Assembly: GCA_964016885.1 (NCBI GenBank)
Contig: OZ024740.1
Span: 158,782,001 to 158,846,000 of the forward strand
Length of the DNA stretch: 64,000 nucleotides
Source of the DNA: Eledone cirrhosa
Lineage: Eukaryota
Reading direction: 5' to 3'
Shown here: positions 57,548-64,000 of the stretch, piece by piece
Layout: every line of letters starts with the position of its first letter
Numbering within the stretch: the first letter of the stretch is position 1
Made by a program: the position numbers and the translations under genes
Notes under the pieces: model-generated
The model's database searches: none
What the model saw: the letters and a program-made list of their open reading frames with translations, nothing else
Told to the model about the DNA's origin: nothing

Positions 57548-57618
57548 TGTTTTATCTGATGAAAACACAAATATTATTGTTTGATGATGTTTGTTTTTGA
57601 AATGCGCATAATAAAATA
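57548..57618 (+). ncRNA. Minimal type I hammerhead ribozyme
   Basis: TGTTTTAT-CTGATGA-long stem II (aaacacaaatattatt/gatgatgtttgttttt)-GAAA-TGCGCA-TA-ATAAAATA; palindromic ATGCGCAT stem III; predicted cut after 57610. Confidence 0.87.
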
Positions 57619-57739
57619 TATTGAACTCCTTTAACCATCTTTTGATCTTATATTATGCATACTCCAGTCCCACAAACTGTAGAGTGCTTCTTATCCGATA
57701 TCTGCATTGCTTTATTGTACTACAATAAAACTCACCTCC

Positions 57740-57741
<2 letters not shown>

Positions 57742-57822
<81 letters not shown>

Positions 57823-57823
57823 G

Positions 57824-57874
<51 letters not shown>

Positions 57875-57907
57875 GTGTATATATATGTATGTATATGTAT
57901 ATATATG

Positions 57908-57940
<33 letters not shown>

Positions 57941-57961
57941 GTATGTATATGTATATATATG

Positions 57962-57992
<31 letters not shown>

Positions 57993-58123
57993 GTATATAT
58001 ATGTATATATATATATATGTATATATATATATGTATATATATGTATATATATATGTATATATATATATATATGTATATATATGTATATATATATGTATAT
58101 ATATATATATATGTATATATATG

Positions 58124-58158
<35 letters not shown>

Positions 58159-58259
58159 GTATATATATGTATATATGTATATATATATATGTATATATAT
58201 ATATATGTATATATATATATGTATATATATGTATATATATGTATATATATGTATATATG

Positions 58260-58290
<31 letters not shown>

Positions 58291-58335
58291 GTATATATAT
58301 ATATGTATATATATGTATATATGTATATATATATG

Positions 58336-58368
<33 letters not shown>

Positions 58369-58391
58369 GTATATATGTATATATGTATATG

Positions 58392-58424
<33 letters not shown>

Positions 58425-58477
58425 GTATATATATATGTATATATATATGTATATATATATATATGTATATATATATG

Positions 58478-58510
<33 letters not shown>

Positions 58511-58548
58511 GTATATATATATGTATATATATATATATGTATATATAT
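57742..58548. repeat. (TA)n/(TG) compound microsatellite
   Basis: Direct reading. Confidence 0.95.
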
Positions 58549-59158
58549 GTCAGGTCACCAGTTGGTGCTACTGGTAACATGTATCCCAGTACAACCTGTC
58601 TCATGGTCGGGTCGTTGGCGACTAAACTGGCAACCCCACCAAGGTTTCCTGGTGAGGAGGGTGACTTTGGACATCCTGCAGGACTAAAAACAAAACCTGT
58701 CAAAGCGCAAAGGAGCTCTTAAGAGTCAATAGCCATCCAAAATCACTGGGAGAGATGACCCCTTAGCCTTTGTCAAGGCAGAATTCTAGGAGAAGGAAAA
58801 CTCTGATATAACACCTGCAACCCTGATGGTATCCAATGATGTTGACTTGTTCTTCTTTTTGGTAAATATCATCTTGGTTAAGAGAGTGGGACTGGCTTTG
58901 TGCAGTGCCTTTGCTCACTATAAAAGCTTCACAGCACAGGCATTGCTTTATATCTGGAGATCTCTCTGCACTTGTCATCACATGGTACCATGGGCCCTGC
59001 ACTATGTGTCAATAATGGTCACAAGTGTAGTCTTTGTACCAGAGTTTTCAAGTCGCTGACTGGACTAAAAAGTCACATTCGTTCAGCGCATCGGTAGGGG
59101 TTCTCCTACATGGATATAAAGTAGTGGCCGTACTCGAAAACGAGTTGGCAGCCACCAT
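58549..59158 (+). mobile_element. Bipartite non-autonomous RTE-derived element, apparently full length
   Basis: Structured 5' leader, TAGGAGAAGGAAAACTCTGA, C2H2 finger [25 protein letters not shown] (59020-59097), CTCG-AAAA-CGAG 3' hairpin; within (TA)n. Confidence 0.75.
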
Positions 59159-59171
59159 ATATATATATATG

Positions 59172-59220
<49 letters not shown>

Positions 59221-59950
59221 GTATGTATATGTATATATATGTATATATATATATATGTATATGTATATATATATGTATATATATATATGTATATGTATAT
59301 ATATATGTATATATATATATGTATATGTATATATATGTATATATATATATATGTATATATATATATGTATATGTATATATATATGTATATATGTATATGT
59401 ATATATATATGTATATATATATATGTATATGTATATATATATATATGTATATATATATGTATATATATATATGTATATGTATGTATATGTATATATATAT
59501 GTATATATATATATGTATATGTATATATATATATATGTATATATATATGTATGTATATGTATATATATATGTATATATATATATGTATATGTATATATAT
59601 ATATATGTATATATATATGTATATATATATATGTATATGTATATATATGTGTATATATATGTATATATATGTATATATGTATATATATATACGTATATAT
59701 ATATGTATATATATATACGTATATATATATGTATATATATATATGTATATGTATATATATGTGTATATATATGTATATATATGTATATGTATATATATGT
59801 ATATATATGTGTATATATATGTATATATATGTATGTATATGTATGTATATATATGTGTATATATGTATATGTATATATATGTATATATATGTATGTATAT
59901 GTATGTATATATATGTGTATATATGTATATGTATGTATATGTGTATATAT
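59159..59950. repeat. (TA)n/(TG) compound microsatellite
   Basis: Direct reading. Confidence 0.95.
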
Positions 59951-60104
59951 AAAATGATGATGATGATGATGATGATATATATATGTATCATCAACACTAC
60001 AGCTAACACATACACACATGTACTTCCCTGACATTTGTGTATTATTCTATGTACTATATTGACGAGTTGTAGTGCACCTGAGCACTTTACACAATAATTT
60101 CATT

Positions 60105-60982
60105 ATCATTATCATCATCGTTTAACGTCCATTTTCCACGCTAGCATGGGTCTCGATGGGAATTGTCCGACTTGAGGCAAGATTGGTTGTGTTGCACAGG
60201 ACTGTCTGGCGGGTTTTCTATGGCTAGATGCCCTTCCTAACCCCAACCACGTTTACAGTGTGTACTGGGAGGTTTTTACCGTGTTACCTACACGGCCACA
60301 TTACAGCGTGGACTGTGTGTCTTTTTGTCGTGACACCTACACGATCTCATTTGTTTCGGACTGGATATTGTGGTACCAACATAACTTCACATTTAAGGGG
60401 GTGGGGGTAGTGTGACGGGGCTGTATTTTGTTAGAGGTGCCTACTGACTGTAGGTTTCACTTTGTACTTAGGCAAGGCGGGTCTTCTGTATAACTGTGTA
60501 GCGCCAAAGCTCTTGGTCCAGTGACATTGTCTTGGAGAGGTGTAAGTGTGTGAGGTCGGAAGTTATCAAGTCGTCCCAGGTTTTTCTGGGTCTGCCTACT
60601 CTGTGGCTACCGTCTATTTTTATTGCCCTGCACTTTTTATACAGCTGTCGTCTTTCATGCGCATCACGTGACCGTACCAACGTAGTCTTCTCTCGAGTAA
60701 ACAACATCTGATCCCTCTTATTTCTAATTTTTCCCTTAGTTCGTTTATGCTTTGCCGTTCACGTATATTACTATTACACATCCAGCGGAGCATGTAAGCT
60801 TCGTTCCTCTCCAGTCTGCGTATATCCTCTGCACACAATGCCCAGGTCTCACTGCCATGCAACATTGGTGTTCGTATGCAGGCATCATACAGCCTGCCTT
60901 TCATTTTTAGGGAGATCCCTTTAGCGGCTAATAGTGGTATAAGCTCTCTGAACTTTTTTCCATCCACACTGAGCATGGCCAT
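60105..60982 (-). mobile_element. RTE LINE 3' fragment
   Basis: KKFRELIPLL..RRLRWYGHV..GRPRKTW with a frameshift; tail present. Confidence 0.92.
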
Positions 60983-60994
60983 GTATATATAAAT

Positions 60995-61715
60995 GTGTTA
61001 GTGAGAAATACCAATCTTATTTAAAACACAAGGAATTTAGATCTATAACAAGAAATTAAATTAATTGATAGGTATACTTATAGGGATAAATTTATATTAA
61101 TTCATAGAATTAGATGTTATTAAAGAATGTTGTTAAAAACGAAGGAAAATAAAATTTTGGGATAAGTGTAGTAGTGAGAAATACCAATCTTATAATAAAC
61201 TACAAGGAATCTAGATTCATAACAGGAAATTAAATTAATTTATATGTATACTTTTAGGTATTAATTTTAGGAAAAGATAGCTGTAAGAGGGAAATAAAAT
61301 TATGAAGTTCTCTGTAGTAAAGTACTAATTATAGGTTAACTAAATTAAAAATCTAATTATAATAATATGTAAAATATAAGTGTAAGGTGTATATTAATTA
61401 GGTTTATAATATTTGAAGGTTCTTCTAATTCTATGATTGCAAGATAAAATTCATTCTTGTCGCTTATTTAATAGGATATCCTTAGATTTCATTATTTTCA
61501 AAAGTTCCTGGGAGCATAATCTACACTCATATCTGTTATTTTGATAAGGGGTGGCCCTTTTGAGCACACTCCATGTCAGGTTGTAATCGATATTCTTTTT
61601 TCTATAATTATTAATTGTTTCAGCCAAGGATGTTGTATTAGCTAATGCGGCATTTTTAAAACTATGTTTGTGGGTATTAAATCTTACTTTCAATTGGTTA
61701 GACATAGCTATATAC
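60995..61715 (-). mobile_element. Penelope-like element 3' part: GIY-YIG C-terminus (61394-61715) and tandem 3' repeats
   Basis: YIAMSNQLKVRFNTHKHSF...TSLA...WSVLKRATPY...CRLCSQELLKI...LLNKRQE*ILSCNHR; diverged 90 bp direct repeats at about 61000 and 61173. Confidence 0.78.
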
Positions 61716-61902
61716 TTATATATGCACAGTGTCATCATCTTTGATTTTTGTCCTTTTTTCCCTTTAAGCTGTCCTTTATGACATAATATATGTATATTAC
61801 TCATACAATATGAAATTTTATTATTTGCATTCATTCAATCCAATTGTATTTTACATTACATTTTTTCTTTCTGTTATTGTGTTTTTCCAGATTCCCAAGA
61901 AA

Positions 61903-62028
61903 ATGAGTGAAGGGGAGAATTTCAAATCTGAAGGTTATGGTGATATGGTGATAGAAAAATTGAATATTTTACGTAACAACAGTGAATTATGTGATTTCAA
62001 AGTATCTGCTGAAGGGAAAGTCTTTGAG
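61903..62028 (+). CDS. First coding exon of a BTB/POZ (Kelch-like) protein; exon 61891-62028
   Basis: Polypyrimidine tract and CAG acceptor at 61890, AAAATG start, [42 protein letters not shown] (BTB N-terminus LxxLR...LCD), phase-0 donor GAG|GTAAGG. Confidence 0.85.
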
Positions 62029-63399
62029 GTAAGGAGATTACCAACTGTTGCTTGTTTGTCCTTTGTTGATGATTGTTAATTTATATATTATCTATATTTT
62101 TTGTATTGGTTAGTCAAAAGAAAAACAGTTTCCATGACCCTTTCCAGAGCTTTTGGGACTTGTCAAAGGGATGGAAGAAGTTGTACTTGAGGTACCCAAG
62201 GGCCAGGCTGTTAAACCAGATTACAGATTAAGTGACTAACAGCCAAAGCAAATGCTACTTAGCATCTAATCTGAAGCATTAGCTATTCTACCAATCCATA
62301 ACCCTGGATGGTACTTTATTTTATCAATGCAGAATGTTGAAAAGCAAAGTTTCCTTCACTACCATTTGAGAGCCAGGCCAAATACTGCATGATTCTGCCA
62401 ATTTGCCACCTGTTGTTGTCTAACACCTGATCAACTTATTATAGATTCATAAATATGTAAATTGTATTAAATTACTGTTTTTGTATTAATCTTTAGCATG
62501 CTGAATTTTTTTTATGAATTGCTTCCCTTGACACTGCATTATGTATTAAGGGGAGATTACTCTATCAGCGACATAAATTGCATAGAACACCCAAAAGGTT
62601 AAGATTTAAAAAGTCTTTTTTTCACCTGAACATTTTTACAGACGTTCCCTGCAGATAAAGGGCTTTCCCACTCCTGATTTAGAGGCCCTATTTCATTGGT
62701 GGTGAAGTGTACAAATCAATAAATTGGCCAACAAAATAAATGCTGTAGCTATCTTTAGGTAAACTTCATCAGTCTGAGCAAGTATAACAATGTTCAGAAC
62801 TCTCTCTGAGTCATTTTTCAGACTCTCAACATTAATCAGATCACTGATCATCTTTGCCTTTCATCCTATTCGTGTTGGTAAAAATAAAGTACCAGCCCAG
62901 GGTGGTGGGTTGGCAGTATTGTTAAAGTGGCAGATTGAGATGCCTGGCAGTATTTTCTCCCACATTTTGAGTTCAAATCTTGCTACTGCCTAGTTGGATG
63001 GCTGACTTAATCTATCACCTTGTTTAACACCAACTCTTAGAGATTGGGTGCTTTTAGTCGAGCCAACTGTGCAGCAAGTATTTGGGCCAGGTCTCCAATT
63101 TGAGAATATATATTCCTCCTTCCCTGACAAAAATATTATTGAAAAAAAAAAGAACTCTTACTAGTCAATATCAACACGGGCAAGCATTAAGCCGCAAAGC
63201 TTTTCAGTCCTGGGAAAAGATGGATAAAGCTGGATGATGATACATTATATAAGGTTTGGTTGTTATTTTTGTTTAAATCTTGGTCAAACCTGATTGAGCA
63301 TCTGTGTGATCAACAGTATTCCATCTCTGAACATCCTCTCTTTAACTCGGTGTTCTGTATGTCTTGTAAGACTAGGAATGTGCACTTCGAAAGTTCCTC

Positions 63400-63991
63400 T
63401 CATCATCTTCGTTTAACGTCCATATTCCACGCTCGCATGGGTTTGGACGGGAGTTTTCCCACTTGAGGCAAGAGTGGTTGTCTTGCTCGCATAGGACTGT
63501 CTGGCGGGTTTTCTACGGCTGGATGCCCTTCCTAACACCAACCACATTTACAGTGTGGAACTGGGAGGTTTTTACCGTGTTGCCTACACGGCCACATTAC
63601 AGCGTGGACTGTGTGTTTTTTTGTCGTGACACCTACACGACCTCATTTGTTTCGGGCTGGATGTTGTGGTACCAACATAACTTTACATTGAAAGGGGCGG
63701 TGTGGATGGGGTGGGGGTAGTGGGACGGGGGTGTATTTTGTTAGAGGTGCCTACTGACTGTAATAGGTTTCACTTTGTACTTAGGTAAGGCGGGTCTTCT
63801 CTATTACTGTGTAGCGCCAAAGATCTCGGTCCAGTGACATTGTCTTGGAGAGGTGTAAGTGTGTGAGGTCGGAATTTATCAAGTCGTCCCAGGTTTTTCT
63901 GGGTCTGCTTACTCCGTGGCTACTGTCTATTTTTATTGCCCTGCACTTTTTTATACAGCTGTCGTCTTTCATGCGCATCACGTGACCATAT
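63400..63991 (-). mobile_element. RTE LINE 3' fragment
   Basis: SRPRKTW..DRDLWRY ORF end, 3' UTR, tail. Confidence 0.92.
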
Positions 63992-64000
63992 AAGCGTGTC

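Larger units (their letters stand above)
57341..57741. mobile_element. Palindromic twin-hammerhead mini-element P3
   Basis: Arms 57341-57480 and 57518-57655; tail with CTGTAGAGTGCTTC; (TA)n flanks. Confidence 0.85.

Overview
Eukaryotic, very AT-rich and repeat-dominated window. The long (TA)n compound microsatellites, RTE LINEs with (GAT)n tails and SINE families suggest a coleoid cephalopod (octopus-like); this is an inference. Most ORFs in the track are (TA)n artefacts. Real coding sequence comprises many 5'-truncated RTE LINE copies (their RT carries an inserted C4HC3 PHD-type finger), one stop-free 2.8 kb CR1-group LINE, L1/Tx1 and CR1 fragments, two Penelope-like GIY-YIG fragments, and one host exon (BTB/Kelch-like N-terminus, 61903-62028) with a candidate promoter/first exon near 50250-50427. 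There are also tRNA-derived SINEs, a bipartite non-autonomous RTE element, and piggyBac, hAT and Tc1/pogo MITEs. The most striking non-coding signal is a population of short, ORF-less elements sitting in (TA)n tracts. They carry type I hammerhead ribozymes: 7 intact cores, 1 disrupted by an RTE tail, and several degenerate or partial ones. Three are head-to-head palindromes with a ribozyme on each strand. They show compensatory changes in stem II, palindromic stem III, a shared downstream GAGTRCTT-like motif, and several arms that begin at the predicted self-cleavage site. They are best read as Penelope-like pLTR termini or retrozyme-like mini-elements. All folds and alignments were done by eye; none were computed.
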